Shown piece after piece: positions 47,316 through 61,669 of a stretch of DNA of 64,000 nt. Source of the stretch: Microthyrium microscopicum. Taxonomy: Eukaryota. Position 1 is the stretch's first letter. The number at the start of each line of letters is the position of its first letter. The notes below the pieces were generated by a model. It did not search any database, was not told where the DNA came from, and saw only the letters and a list, made by a program, of their open reading frames with translations. The position numbers were made by a program, and so were the translations under genes. The stretch is taken from positions 2,908,401 through 2,972,400 of the forward strand of contig MU004231.1 of the NCBI GenBank assembly GCA_010405405.1. Reading direction: 5' to 3'.

Positions 47316-50300
47316 CTAAGCGGCTTGATATTTGCGGAGCTATGATATATTAGCATGAGCGAGCATTGTTTGAAAAGGTGTAAACTTACATCGAGGGTCA
47401 GTGTCTTTGAAGAATTCACGGCTTGGTCTCTCATGACTCCGACAAGAGTTTCGCTGCCTTCGAAGAAGCCAGGCTTGAGGGAGATGACAATGAATTGCAT
47501 GTTCGGACCAGCATTGCGCTGGATATAACCAACAAGCTTGGCAACATTGGCATTGTCCAAGGCTGCGTCGACTTCGTCAAGCACAAAGAATGGCGATGGC
47601 TGATATGAATGAACGGCAAATAGAAGAGCGAGGGCGGCCATTGTCTTTTCACCTCCGGAGAGATGTTCCATGTCTCGGAATCGCTTCAGTGGTGGCATAG
47701 CGTGGTACTTGAGACCGGCGAGGTACGGCTCATCAGGATCTTCATTGTCAAGATATCTTTATAGTTGTTAGCTGATATAAATCGAAAGTGGCTGAGGACT
47801 TACGCAGTTCCACCCATAGGTGTTTGCTCGCTCTTGGTGAGATCCTTGTAAACACTCTCGATCTGGCTAGAAATATGATTGAATGCTTTGTTGAAGAGTT
47901 CAAGGCGCTGTTGCTTGACATCGTCGAAGTCATCTCTCGCTCTCTTGGCGTCACGTCGGGCGCGTTCGAGATCTCGTTCTGCGTTGTTAAGTCTGGATTG
48001 GACTCCCTCCAAGCGGTCAGTGGCTTTCATGTTAGGTGCCATCTTCTCCAATTCATTGGTGAGGTCGTCAATCTTCTTCTGCAACATGTCATTCGCGGCC
48101 GGATCATCTTCTTTGAGTTCATCTTCGAGGTTATCAAAGTCGACTTCGATGCCATAGTCATCAACTTGACCGCCGGTTCTACCCTCGTCATCCACGTCCA
48201 TGACATCTTCGTCTTCGTCTTCTTCCTCTGCGTGAATTTCATTCAGTGGCAGAGCACTTAGGGGCTCAGAGTCTTCTGTCAATGGAATCTTGAGATCTTC
48301 CATTCGACTTTGACGAAGCATGGCATTTCGTTCTGTGGCTTTGCTGCGCATCTCGTTCTCGTGGTCGCCGATGGCTGCAATCGTAGAATTGACTTGCTTT
48401 GATTTCTCCTGCACCAATCGACGCTGCTCTTGGTATTTTTCTCCGCGCTCGGTGGCCGTCTCTTGGAGCTCGTTAAGGTTCTCGCTCATGTTCTCAAGCT
48501 CGTCATTGATGGCATCAATCTGTTGCTGTATGTCGTTGCGTTCGGCGGTCAGAGTGTTCAAAGTTTGGTTGCTTTGTACTACTGCTGCTTCCAGACTTTG
48601 CACCCGATCTGACTTCTCTTTAAGAGATTGCTCCTGGTACTCGATCCGACTTGCTAGTAGAGTTTTCTGTTTTACAAACTTGAGCTTCTCTACTGAAGCT
48701 TGCTGCTGAAGGGAGCCAAGCTGAGCATCGTACTCTCGGATATCGTCAAACCCATGCTTTTTACAAAATGATGCAAAGACTTGATCCTCAACTTCAGCGA
48801 TAGAGTCTTCGTGACCTTCGAGGCGACTCTTAATATTCTCCAGGCTCCTAACCTGTTGATTGTATTTTGGTTTCGCCTCTTTGAGTTGGCTCTTAGTCCA
48901 CTCAAGTGCCTTCTTCTTGTCGCTGATGTTCGAGTTGAAGCTCTGGATTTCCTTCTGAAAGAGATTTACTCGAGACTCAAGACCCACTAGTGATCCTTCA
49001 AGGGTTTCCTCCTCTTGAATGCTTCTCTGATCTTCGGATGGATCCAATTTGTGGAATTCTGCTATGAACCCTTCGTGCAATCTCTGTAGTCGGTCCACTT
49101 CAGAATCGTCCCAATTCCGGGACTTGTCGTGATCTCCTTGGCCACCTGTCATTGCACCGCCTTTGGAAATCTTGTCGCCATCCAGAGTCACTGCAGTACT
49201 ACCCTTGTTTTTGTCGTAGCAGATGGCGCGAGCAAGCTTTAGGTTGTCACAGATCAGAGTGCTTCCACATGCATATGCCATGGCACGCTCGTGCGCGGCA
49301 TCATACAATATCGTGTCGATTGCTAGCTGTGCTCCTTTGATGTTCTTGAGGTTGGGGCTAACTTGCTTGACTTGGATATGGTCGAGCGGGAGGAAAGTTG
49401 CTATACCTTTGCGCTGCTCCCGAAGGAAGTCGATACATTCCTTGGCTGTGCTCCAGGTATCAACAACGATAGAATCCAGCTGACGTCCAAGTGCAACACC
49501 AACAGCTCGTTCGAACTTCTTTTGTTTGGGCTTGCACAAATCAATCAGACGACCTTGTACACCGGGGAAGAGTCGCTTCAAACCGGCAACCATCTCCCTA
49601 GCCCGCGCATCGCGTTCGTTTCGTCGGCGTCCTTCCCTGGCACGGCTGAGCTTGTCATGATTTTCCTTAAACTTTTCTTCCAGCTCCTGTTTCTTGAGTT
49701 GGTTTTGCGTGCGCTTGGACTTGAGCTCACCAAGCTTCTTTCGCTGGCTGGCAATATCCTCTTTTGTCTCTTTGAGTTGTTTATTTGTCGCTGCCTTTTC
49801 GCTCTCGAGCTCGGCAATGTCTTCCTCAGCTTTCTGCTGTTGTCTCTCGAGGCTTTCAACTCTACTCTTCAGGGTACTAGCAGTCTGCTCCTCCGAGTTT
49901 AGTTGACGCTTGAGATCTGCGACTTCAGTCTGATCTTTGGCTGTCTGCTTGGTGACCTCGACTCGTAGTCTGTCGTATTCTTGAAGATCGGAGTCGCTCA
50001 GCTGCTTTCCGCCTTGTCGTGTCTTCTGCTTCCACTCATCCTCCGATCGCTGCTGTGCTTTTTCAACAACACTTAGGCTTTTCTTCAGATGATCAATTTC
50101 AGCGGTGAACGCGTCTCTCTCCTTTTTCACAGAGTCAAGACGATCCTGGGTCTTGCTGAGTTTATCGGCGGTGATTTGCATTTTTGTTTCGATAGGCACA
50201 AGCTCGCTGGTTTGCTCAGCCGCATCATTCTCTTTTTGCTTAATGATACGCTCAAGTTTAGAGCATTCACGATTGGCTTTGGCTTGCTGCTGTCTGGCAT

Positions 50301-51312
50301 CCTCTAGACCTTGATCGGCGGCATCTTTATTTCTTCGGTGCTCTTTCAACAAATTCTGATGTTTTGAGATCTCGACACCAGACTCTTCAATCTGCTGTTG
50401 CAAATGATACAGTTTCCACAGGACGTGCGTAACTATGGCGTCGTCCCGTTCAGCTGTCTTTCGCTCGAAAGCATCCGCTTCTTTCTTCTGTTCTTGATAT
50501 TGCTTGATTTCCGAGTTCATGGCTCGACGTTGGTTGAGCTTGAAAGCATGGTCTTCTGCGGCCTTTTCCGACTCGACTTTCAGGCGCTCATATTCTTCCT
50601 TGTATTCCAGACTACCAGAAATCTGTTCAATGAGACGGGTCAAGTCCTTGGGCGACTGCGATGCGATTTGCTCAACATCACCTTGAAACACTAGGAAATT
50701 GCGCGCCTTGATCAGAATGTTCTCGTGCTCCAGGGTATCGTTGTATTGTTTGGCGGTGACAACGCGGTTGTTAATGCGATATTCACTCTGACCTTGGGAC
50801 GTGATTGTTCTCTTCCACATGTGTTCCTCTCCCACATCATCCTCATACACAGCTGTGACATGTGCCGAATTAGGGTCATTACGCTGCGAAGCAGGCTCAG
50901 AGATTATTTCCTCGTCCGACGGAAGGTCGCCATTAGCGTGCCCATTGGTCTGGCCGTTGACCACCTCAGTCGCGTTGCCGTCCGCGTCAATCGTGGCAGT
51001 CTTAAGGACACGACCGCGGTAGACGAGATCCTTGAGTTGACTGGATCGCAAATGTGACGATTTGATGCCTAGAACAAAGGAAATCGCATCCATGCTTTTA
51101 TGTCGTTAGTGGCGGTCTTTGCGACTGGGAATATGCACCTACGAATTGGATTTGCCAGAGCCATTTGGACCGATGATGGACGTGAAGAACGAGTCGCCAA
51201 AGGGAAGGACATGGCTCCCTTTGTATGATTTGAAGTCTACACGAGTTAGATCTCATCAAAGGACTGCCAATTTGATCATACTGTAAAGCTCGAGACGAAT
51301 GAGTTTGCCCAT
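47316..51312 (-). CDS. SMC1: Cohesin subunit Smc1; multi-exon
   Basis: MGKLIRLEL..FKSYKG..IIGPNGSGKSNSMDAISFVLG (Walker A), hinge GVQGRLIDLC, and LSGGEKT / FFVLDEVDAALD (signature and Walker B). Confidence 0.96.
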
Positions 51313-51319
51313 GCTGACG

Positions 51320-51495
51320 GGTCGCGCATGCGCGGGAGCCAAGTAATTGGCCAAAAGTCTTGTCGCGAATTTCGCGCAACGCGTTCGAAAGCTCCAGAAC
51401 TGAGCAAATGCGTTGGAGAGATACTCAATATGGAGGATGGTCCTAGATGGGGAGGACTGGTTTGTCTGGTCGTGCACATTGAACGCGACGCGCCC
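51320..51495. promoter_or_regulatory. Cluster of MCB-like CGCG elements in the divergent SMC1/MIM1 promoter
   Basis: ACGCGT at 51379-51384, plus TCGCGA and ACGCGACGCG variants close upstream of the SMC1 start. Confidence 0.45.
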
Positions 51496-51764
51496 ACCTC
51501 CACCAAAGCACGTGTTTGACAAGGCACCAACTTTTAGGAGCCTAGGGCACCAATATCCATCGATCTGATTGATGTCGAGCTCCAGTTTCCAGTGTTCCCA
51601 ATTTGGAGTTTCTTGTCTCTTCGTGTGTATGTTTAACCGCAATTCTATTCTACACTTGCGCCGTCAACTCCCGATCCTCCATATCCTCAAATCCACCGGT
51701 CCAAGTGCTGCCGAGGCCGCCTCCAGGCCCTCAGCAGCTCAACACCTCCTTCTTCATCACAAAA

Positions 51765-52227
51765 ATGTCGTCGCCTCTAGAGTCCGATCCCCAAGACCGC
51801 AGTGACCTTACTCAATCCGGTGTCACAATACCTTCCGACTCCGAAAACTACGACGCTAATAACGAGTCCTCCTCTCCTCCATCTTCATCCGAGAGTCCAC
51901 CATTAATACTCTACCAACCCCCCACTCTTTGGGGATTATTCAGAGGAGCAGCCATCAATTTGGTGTTACCGTTCATCAATGGCTTGATGCTGGGATTCGG
52001 TGAGCTCTTTGCACATGAGCTCGCTTTTCGGTTAGGGTGGTCCGGCACTAAAGTAAGACTGTTGTTGATAGGATATTTTGCAATAGCTAAAGATGGAACA
52101 GATATTTCCCCGAAGCCGCAGTTCCAATGCTCATGTAGCTGGTCCAGGCGTCATCATTCAAGATGATCCAGTCCGGAGAAGAAGACGGAACGGTGAAGAA
52201 TTGGACATGTTGACTAGTCTCGAGTAA
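51765..52227 (+). CDS. MIM1: Mitochondrial outer membrane import protein Mim1/Tom13; 2 exons
   Basis: Signature AAINLVLPFINGLMLGFGELFAHE, with an intron after GWSGTK. Confidence 0.9.
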
Positions 52228-52452
52228 AGCATTTGCGTCACAGTGTGTCGTTGATTTTCCAGTCTAGCGAGTTTTTGATACAAGGCACGAACACGAAAAT
52301 ATCGGTTGCAGTCCTGCCTAGAGTGCAGTATAGATACAAAGACATGTATGTAAGATATCCAAATATAAGAATGAGCAGCAATCTGGCTTTAGAGCCGTTC
52401 TTACTACCTCATCAGAAGTTCTTTGGCACAGCAGTTGCCTTATGTTCCATTA

Positions 52453-54159
52453 CTAGTAGCCGTATACAAAGGTTCTCTTCCGGTCGCCTCTACGCTCACT
52501 ACTCTCCATCTCCTGCGCGAATTCCTGTTCTGTCCACAATGCAGTCTCGGTTCGTCTCTTGCGATTCACCTGCATATACGACAAGCGGATCAGAAGAAAT
52601 CCTACAACAGCCGCTCCCAGAGAGATTAATGTAACCTTCAATGGATAGTTGTAGGTTGGGGCGTATTTTGCTTTGAAAATTTGACCAGATATCACACCAG
52701 CCAAGTTCGACCACCCATTGATACCCAGTATCACACTTCGCGTACCCTGGGTTAAAGTCAGCCCTCACTCGCTCATGGAAAGATGCTATATCACTTACTC
52801 CACTCGGGCTGTTTCCAGCTAGCCAAGCAGCGACTATGGGTCCTCCAACAAATGCACCAGCCAGACAAACGTGTGTGAAGCCATATCGTAACTTGTTGTC
52901 ACTCGACGTGATCATTACAATAAGTCCAATTATTGCGATTAGTACACCCACAACCAACCACAGGCTGCGTTCTCTAGTTCGGTCGGATAGCTTCATAATG
53001 ATCAAAAGACCAACAAATCCACTGCCACGAGTAAGTTTGCGATCCAAGTTGAAGGAGAGAGACTAACACAACAAAGGGAGGCACGCTCATTAAGCTTGCA
53101 TTTACGCCTTTATATCCCATACCTTGACTTGGTCAGCTCTGTTAAGAATTCTGGTTGAGAAACTCACCTTTGGTCATGACCGGGAGGAATGTAGTAAAAG
53201 CAGTGACGGGCAGAACGATGAAAATATTACAAGCAACAATCGCCAATTTCCTCCAATCTCGAAAGGCGTCCACAATATCTTGTTTTGTCAAAGACGTTGA
53301 TTCCACATGGTCCAAGTCTTGTCCCACGTCCACGTTGATTCTCCGCGAAGCATGCGCCCTCTCCGCGGGAGAGAGAAACCATGCTGTCTCCACTCTACCT
53401 GGCAGTGACACCAAAGACACGAAAGCCATGAGCACTGTCAATCCCCCTTCGAGAAGAAAGAGGATTTGCCAGTTCCGTATGGCACCAGAATGCAGTTTCA
53501 ACACTCCGGTGGCAACAAGACCTGAAAAAGCTCCAGCCACAGCATACATGCCAGTGAACATTCCGCTTCGAAAACCCAGGTATTCTTTTGGATATATCGT
53601 CGAGAGGTAGTAAAATGAAGTCGGTACGAATCCAGCCTCTGCAGCACCAAGCAGTAGTCTCAAAGCCTGGAATGTGCTCTCCTTTCTGGTCGCTGCGTGG
53701 GCCATCGATATTACTCCCCAAATTCCCAGCATCGCAGATATCCAATTCCTCGCACCGACTCGCCTTCCGATCATAGCAGAGAATGGCTGAAGCGTTACGT
53801 ATGTAACCGAGTATAGCGACAGAGCGTTTGCGACTGCATCTTCGCCAAGGTGAGCATCCTTGAGGAAAGCTACGAGAGATATCAGCAGTCGTCGTAGGCG
53901 CAAAGTGAGTTAGCTTACTACTGCTTGCTTGCGCAAAGCCAACGTTCGTCTTGTCAATTCCTTGAAACAGAAAATCGATCGCGAGAACCAACACGATGAA
54001 GAAGTCACATTTGAAGTTGATTGACTTATCCAGTCGCGCTTCTTCTTCATTTTCTGGCTGGTAATGTACTCTTTGTGGACCAGAGCGAGCTGTCTGAAGC
54101 ATTGGCTCAATCCCAATCTCGAGCCGAGATGGCTTTTGATCCGACGAAGACTTGGCCAT
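52453..54159 (-). CDS. MFS transporter, anion:cation symporter (allantoate/nicotinate permease-like) family; multi-exon
   Basis: IDKTNVGFA, RLLLGAAEAGF, WQILFLLEGGLT, AWFLSPAER, WLAGN and the C-terminal GDRKRTFVYGY. Confidence 0.88.
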
Positions 54160-55504
54160 TGAAGACTTCAGGTTCACATAATCATATTGCAGAGTTCGAG
54201 AAAAGCCAAAAGCACAAATACTGCGCGCATTTCTGCTTCTTGGTATATCATCATCACAGCTGTCAGACGCGCGGATTGCAAGGGTTTGTCCGAACGGTTA
54301 ATTGTTCGGTACTAGTATCGCCTTCTGAGGAGTCTTGGAGCAATATACATTGATCGAAGCCAAGGAACTATAGCCGACAATATATAGGACCCTTGCAACG
54401 TGCTAGAGCTTGGGCATCAGTCTTAAATTAGTCGCTGAGGCATCAATTGATTGAGGCACTGAGAAGGCTACTCCAACAGCACCTGAGATAATTGGCTTTT
54501 AGTTTCAATACTGACAGGAGAGAAGTCTATCACTGCTTTATCTGGACTATCCCCAGTCATTCTACGAGGAGCACAATAGTACTGGGGAACATCTATACTG
54601 GCACGATCGGAGAACAGTGAGTCGTCTGATTTCCAACCTGTTAGTACTGTACATCTTCGTCAAACGCCACCTTTTTAAATCTCCTACTTTTGACATGTCG
54701 CTAGTTTGTGGCCAATTGGATCAATTGCTCGATCCGATCATCTGTTTGTTTCGAAACAAGAAGATCTCCAGTCATACTGACCACTTGTTGTTTCGTAAAA
54801 TCAGTACTCAAGTCGGCCTCGCAAAGACAACGTAATTTGGTGGACCCATCTTCAAGGTATGAGTGGTACTCCTTTGTGAAAGCAGTCGATGTTGGTTCCT
54901 ATGCACAATCATATTGGCCAATGAAGATATACCTCCGCCTAGAAAAGCTCCCAGAGTTTGACGCTTACAGCCATTTTGACAAAGATCTGCATAAGGGTCC
55001 AAGGAACGGTCTATCTCTTGAACTGACTTGCCGTTACGAGCCAGGCCAGTGTTTTGATACTCCACCCTGACAGCTTCACCAACAAGCTCTTTCACCCAAC
55101 AGCAGACTCTCTTTCAATAGCACATGGACATTTCTCAGCTTTTGTAAATAGAATATCTTGAGATTTCAAGTGCTTTTTAGTACATATTTCCAGAATATTC
55201 TCAGCAGTATGGAACCACTTGTACATTACTCGATTGGCTGCATGTATCCATGTACTGTGCATAAAAATGTACCTGGTTCGTCATTGTTTCATAGTCCGCG
55301 ACACTGTTCTGCTGCTTCAACACCAATCGTTTCATCGACAAGCCTGATCCAACCTTCCGCTGCAATGTCAATGGTTCCATACTCTTGCATTAAAAAATGG
55401 ATCTTCAATGGTCGTCTCTCCTTTTCATCCTCCCAAAGCCTCGATATTTCACGCTCCTTTGTTGTATTGTCGAAAACACTCTTTTTTCATGAGTTCTTTA
55501 CAGC

Positions 55505-57812
55505 ATGTTATTTTTTGGTAGATCAGTCAGTCTTTTGGCCTCTGCAATTTTCACATTTTTCTTGGTTGCGACTTTGTGGGACAGTTCCAAATCTTATCGC
55601 GCACGGAGAGGCACTTTGTTTGGAGACAATATTCCAGACTCGTTGGAAAATGTCGTGGCGGAGTCTGTTCTAGATTTTGAACATCAGTCACCATTACCTG
55701 ACACAAGTAAACCATCACCTGGCTCCCAACATAATGGCGGAAACGGTGCTGTATCAGCCGGGAAGGTTGGATCGGAAGAGAAGAAGGATGACAAGATTGC
55801 AATGGATGAATATATGAAAGACATACTCAAGTGGCAGAAACCGAAGGACAAAGATAGGCACTGGCCGCAGTACAGTGACTTTGACGGAAAAGACTATGAT
55901 CCAAATCGATGGGAAGGATTTCCAGAGTAAGCTCTGAACAAGATCTGAAGATACATCATGCTCATTTATTTCTAGGGAGAAAGGTTACTACCTTCAATCA
56001 GGACACAAACAATTCGAGGACTCCAGCTCTTCTTTCGAAAGGCTGTATGCCCCATATCCCGATTACCAGTCCTCAGAGTACCGAAGCAAATTCAAAGGGG
56101 ACTTTGTGTCCTGTAATGGACCTCGAGGAAAGCCTCTCAACGAGAGCGATGAAGATTCAATACGCGTATACGATTCGGTTCCCAACGCTTTTCCGGAACC
56201 TTTCATTGGGTCTCACGATGCAGTAGGATTGCACACTGGCATGTGTTTTGATAGAGCACAAAGATACGGACCCTACGGCGTGGAGCCGCTCTCCAAATTC
56301 CCAATAAGCTATGTTGACTGGGACAAGGTGTACTGGGGTCATCTACAGAATGAATGTGTCGCAAAGAACGAGAATCGCTTCGCACCTCAATCTCCACAGT
56401 CAAACGACGAAATGTCCGAATTTATGAGCCATAAAGTATCAGAGCACCGGCCAGGAACATCACAAAGCTCGGAAACGAAGACTAAAGACGGAAAGACCTA
56501 TCAATCGCGGACGGCGATTCTTCTTCGAACTTGGGAAGGTTACGAGTACTCTGATAATGACATTATGGTTATCCGGTCCATGGTTACAGAGTTATCATTA
56601 CAAAGCGGCGGAGAGTTTCAAGTCTTTTTACTGGTCAATATCAAAGATCGGTCACAGCCTATCTTCACCGATGCGAGGGCATATAGGAAGACACTACGAA
56701 AAGTTGTGCCCAGAGAACTTCAGGACATTGCAATTCTCTGGAGTGAAGAAATTTGCGAAAGACTATATCCAGATGTCGGTGACTGGCAAGTTTATTGGCA
56801 ACAGTTCATGCCAGTACAGTGGTTCTCTGAAAGTCATCCCGAATTTGACTATGTCTGGAATTGGGAGATGGATGTTCGATATATCGGCAACCACTACCAC
56901 TTTCTAACTCAAGTGGGCTACTTTGCTGGACAACAGTCTCGAAAATATCTATGGGAGAGAAACGCCAGGTTTTACATCCCATCTTTCCATGGATCCGACT
57001 GGAATACCTACCTCAACGACACAAATGCCATAATCGCAGACTCCGTTGCAAAAGGCGAAATTCCTGAACCAATTTGGGGAGCAAAAACCTACTCTTCCTC
57101 ACAAAAACCTCTAGGCCCAACTCCTCCGCGATCTCAAGATGCCGACAGTTTCGAATGGGGAGTTGGAGAGGAAGCTGACTTTATCACACTTCTTCCTATC
57201 TGGGATCCGGTTAAGACACGTTGGACTATGAAGAACAAAGTATGGAACTACACGCCCGGCATACGGCCACAATTCTCGCGAGATCATCCTACCGATGACG
57301 ATTTCACCCATCCGTCACTGAAGAATCTTCCTCGACGCGGATACATCAATACAGTGGCGCGACTATCCAAACGACTGCTTCACGCCATGCATCTAGAGCA
57401 GATGGCTGGACGAAGCATGCAAGCTGAAATGTGGCCATCGAGTGTAGCGCTACAGCACGGCTTCAAAGCCGTGTATGTTCCACAGCCAGTATATAGCGGT
57501 AGACAATGGCCTGGCCGGTATGCAGATGCAGTGTTCAACTCCAATGGAGGAATAGGAGCACGATGGGGTCAAGAGGATGACAGCATCTACAACCAAGATC
57601 GGGAGCAGAACTTCCGTTCTTGGAGCTGGTATTATCATGCGGAATTTCCAAAAGTCTTGTACCGGCGGTGGATGGGCTGGAAGAGCGAAGATTCGCTGGG
57701 TAATGTAGGCGGACAAGAATGGGAGCAAAAGGATGACGGACCAAAAGGTCGTATGTGCTTGCCGCCGATGCTGTTGCATCCTGTAAAGCGGCGCGATATT
57801 GAGACTTCGTGA
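55505..57812 (+). CDS. Fungal DUF3405-like type II membrane protein; 2 exons
   Basis: N-terminal TM anchor. Motifs RTAILLRTW, ELSLQSGGEFQVFLLV, HPEFDYVWNWEMDVRY, EEADFITL and CLPPMLLHPVK. Confidence 0.78.
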
Positions 57813-58055
57813 GCATAAAAATTTGTACATAGATTTAGCGGCATTGCTTTTTGTTTTTGAAATAGGTCGTCAACAAAAGACTGCACCTTCACAACCTGTT
57901 TGATGTTTTAATGATGACCAAAGTGGTCGATTCTTTCATTCAGTCCACTTTCCAAGTAACAGTACAAAGCTCTCCAAGATGTGAACGATCAATACAGGTA
58001 ACAACAACAGGTGGTTCGACATCCGAGAATATGTTTGAACGCGATGTTATCTGTT

Positions 58056-59218
58056 TCAGCCTGAAAGAGTCGCTTCGAAAGCCTTCACACTTTGCTTCCA
58101 GTACAAGAAGAAACCATCGTCAATCAGTTTCTTGGTACAAGCAAAGGCCATCTGAAAGACATCGGAATACTTGCAGACCGAGTAGAGGGTCAGTACCCGA
58201 TCCAAATTCCCCTGAACTTGACTTGCATCCACGGAACCTCCTGCGCTTGTGTCAGCCAGGTATGATTCCACCAGTCTCATCACCCCATAGCGATGGTCTT
58301 CGGTGCTTCGATCCATTGCACTGCCAGAAAGTTCTTCGAATGTCATCTTGGCGCGGCCGAGTTCCATCGACAACTGAACATGCAACTCTTGAGCAAGTTT
58401 CTCTGCAGTCTCAATATCTGTCATCAACTTGGTGCAGAGCTGACGCCATCTGTTTTCAAGTCCAGACTTGAACATTCCAGCTTGCAGGATTTCGGCGCAG
58501 GTTGTAGGCATGTGTGACTTCACGAGGTACATCTGATATTCCGAAGGGAAGGGTAGGGACAGAGCCGCTCGACCGATTGCGCCCTTGCAGTTTTCGATGT
58601 TTCCGAGGAGTGTCTTCAGTATCCCATGGGAAACCATGCAGGCTAAGGTTGGAGCATCTGGACAATCCGTGAAGCCTCCTGCCATGAAAACTAATCATCT
58701 CGTTAGTGACTGTTGAGGAGACAATCGGAAGAAGATTCAATCGTGATTGGTATGAGAGCGCGTCAATCATTCGCTTATCCCTGGGAAGATGAGGAGGACA
58801 TACCACTAGCACTTGCGGTCTGATAGTCTGGCCAGAGAACCATGTCATTGCTGCTTAGTGCTGAGCCTGCAACATCATTCTCGAACTCGTAGTTGCGAAA
58901 GCCCTCTTTCATACACTCAACAAGAAATGTGGTGATATCGGTGACATCCTCGATCATTTCCCCGCGAAAGTTGTAAGCCGCGGTCAGCATGGTTTCCATC
59001 GAGGCTTTCCATTCATTATGGAATTGCCGACCGAATTGATGGCTAGATGACTCATGAATTAGCAGTTCATCTCCAGAAGCATATGCCAATTGCTCAGAAA
59101 GGATAACTCACGGAACATCGGAAGAAGAGGACTCCTCGCTCAGGTCGGACGAAGATGACAAAGATAGTGCCCGCAGGTTCGTTCGGCCGAATCTCAGCGG
59201 CATTGCTTGAAGAGCCAT
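58056..59218 (-). CDS. Hypothetical protein (~330 aa), 3 exons
   Basis: Three consecutive ORF segments join in frame via GTGAGT..CTAAT..TAG (~59111-59043) and GTATGT..CTAAC..TAG (~58803-58691) introns. No family recognised. Confidence 0.6.
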
Positions 59219-60195
59219 GACTTCAGCCTGGCTAGTTGACCTTGTGAAGGTGAGAATTAAACGAGCGACGAGGGTATGTTGAAAGAGTGAGAAACCGGGT
59301 CGGAGTCTGAGGATGGCAGTGTTACGGCTTAAGTAGAGCCAAACCACCAACTGACTGAACTTTGGACGCCTGCCATATTGGGCAATGCTTATGGAAACTC
59401 GATACAAAAGGAGACGACGTTTTGAACAGCAGTAGCATCAACCTTTCTCCTTCTAGTATCATCACCCATCTATCACCGTCTAGCTTTGCCGGAAAGAGAA
59501 GTTGAAGAGAGGAAACCTCACTTCACATTTCCGGGGTTGATAATAGAGCGATCGAATAAGGCAGGGCCGACTTTCTACATGGCCTCGAAGACAAAATCAT
59601 GGTTTCGTATTGACGTCTGTCTCTTTCAAAGAAGCTAATCCCCTTATGCCCTTGCTCTTCTCAGTAGTATTTGTTTCTGTGATCGAAGTTCTTGGCCATG
59701 ATGGAGATGTCGTTACCGCTTTTAGAAGTGGATAGATTCCGTGTCGATGCTTCGATGAGATTGTAAGAGAAGAATGTCTGCGAGATGCATATGGCGATGA
59801 TGTTGTCGGTGTTGGTCGGACGAGCTCGCTGCTCAAGGGGCTCCTGAAGCCAATTACTTCTTCCCAGCCTCATGGATTCCACTTTGGGCGATTTATTCAT
59901 GGACCCCACCAAACGCCCCACCTCTCAGATGCACCGCATTCACCATCCGACAGTTTGACTGGCTAGACTGGTGTTCCATTTCTTCTTAGATGCATGGCGC
60001 AGCCCGCAAAACGAATACCAAGATGGCGGATTCTCTGGCTAGACGGGGTCGTGCATGAAGCTCAGCTCCTTCAGGGTCTCCTGAGCTTGCGCACAAAAGA
60101 CAGATGCTCTCAAAGCTTTCATTGCCTGCTCTCACGATCTCCAACTTCGGATAGTTCTTTCTCGACTTTTACTGGAAACCGGCTTAATATTCGGA

Positions 60196-61669
60196 ATGCC
60201 TAGCAAAGGAGTCGATGCATACGCATACATTTGTGCCGGTGGATGCGAAGTAGAGTTCTCAGTCCCAGGAGAGAACATTACGAAACGCGACTTGGGAGAC
60301 TGGACTTCTGATCATCTCGAAGTGGACAAATCAAAGCTTCATGGAACATTCAACTTTACAGGCCAGTTCAACTTCAAAGTCACTCGCAATGGCGAAGTCA
60401 TTACAACTCAATGGGCTGATATCAACACCATGACGGGCAACATCGAGAAGTCGTCTATGAGGACGATGTTTGATCAAACCTCCTGGATATCTAACGAACT
60501 CATCATCACATACATCTTCTACGATGCCGGCTCAGGTGAAGTTGGTCTTCCCAACAGCCATCAATGCTATGTGGTTGTGAGCCCCAACTTCTCAAACTGG
60601 ATGGGCGAAGCAGCGCCTCCTGGTAGCGACAAAGGCGGAAAACCATTCTGGAGATTTGCGCTTCCAGCGGTGCACGACGTGGGAATGAATAGTATGAGTG
60701 TCCCGGAAGCTCTGGTTCAGTCCGCCGGTACACCGTTCGTGACTCTACTGAAGCAGGAGAGCAACGTCTTCAACAAGATCGCTGACAATGCGACTTCTGG
60801 GATTGTCTCTGCCATTGCGCCAAACATTATCTCGGGCCTGGCAGTCACGCAGAAAGACAAATTGCCAGATCTTCTAGCTATCGGGTCTCGCTACTTCGAG
60901 TTCCGACCTGCGCGAGTACATGACAAAGTCAAAGGATACAACTGCGTTCCAGATGAATACTACTTCACGCATGGCCCAATCCCTGGGATGATGTACAAGA
61001 GGTAAGTAAACCGATCAATTTCGAGCTCTATTCGCAAAGTCCCACTGACACCTCTCCAGTTTCCTCAACGACGTGGTAGCATTCCTAGTCTCCCACCCAA
61101 CCGAAATCATCGTCGTGCAACTCCGCTGGGACGGCGTCCCCAACGAATGCAACCGCCCCAACGACGACGATCTCCACAACATGCTCAACGAAGCTCTTGG
61201 ACAAGCCAACGGCAGTATCAACATCGGCAACCTCGACGACATGCACCGCGAAAGCATCGACTCCTTACGCAACTCCGGTCGCCGTCTGATCATGCTCAAA
61301 GAAGTAAACAGCCTAAGCAGCTACACCGACGAAGCGAACGCCACCCTCAACGGAGACAGTATGGTCGCAGAATTTGACCGGCTGAACACTGAACGTCAAA
61401 ACGACGTTGCGTTCACCAACATACAGTGCCAAGCGACTGCGACGAATATTCGGGATGTGGTAATCTACAGCGCGCTAAGTGCAGATGTTTCCAATTCTTG
61501 CTTGATGGCGACGAAAAGTATATGTGATCGTAAAACACTTCCTTGGATTCGGAATAATGCGCTGGATAGGCTGAAAGCGGAGCAGAATTTGGTGATTATG
61601 AATGACTTTTTTGATGGGGCGACTGCGGATGTAGCGATCGAGCTGAGTAAGAGAAGACTGGACTGGTGA
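60196..61669 (+). CDS. PLC-like phosphodiesterase (PI-PLC X-domain-like TIM barrel); 2 exons
   Basis: LPAVHDVGM, GSRYFEFRP, FLVSHPTEIIVVQLRWDG and NLVIMNDFFD. Intron ~61002-61059. Confidence 0.75.

Noticed and set aside
31485..51312. Functional clustering of DNA repair genes (TDP1, RAD51 paralog, SMC1) or lipid genes (OLE1, ACB1)
   Set aside because: They are interspersed with unrelated housekeeping genes and show no shared regulatory signal. Chance is a sufficient explanation.
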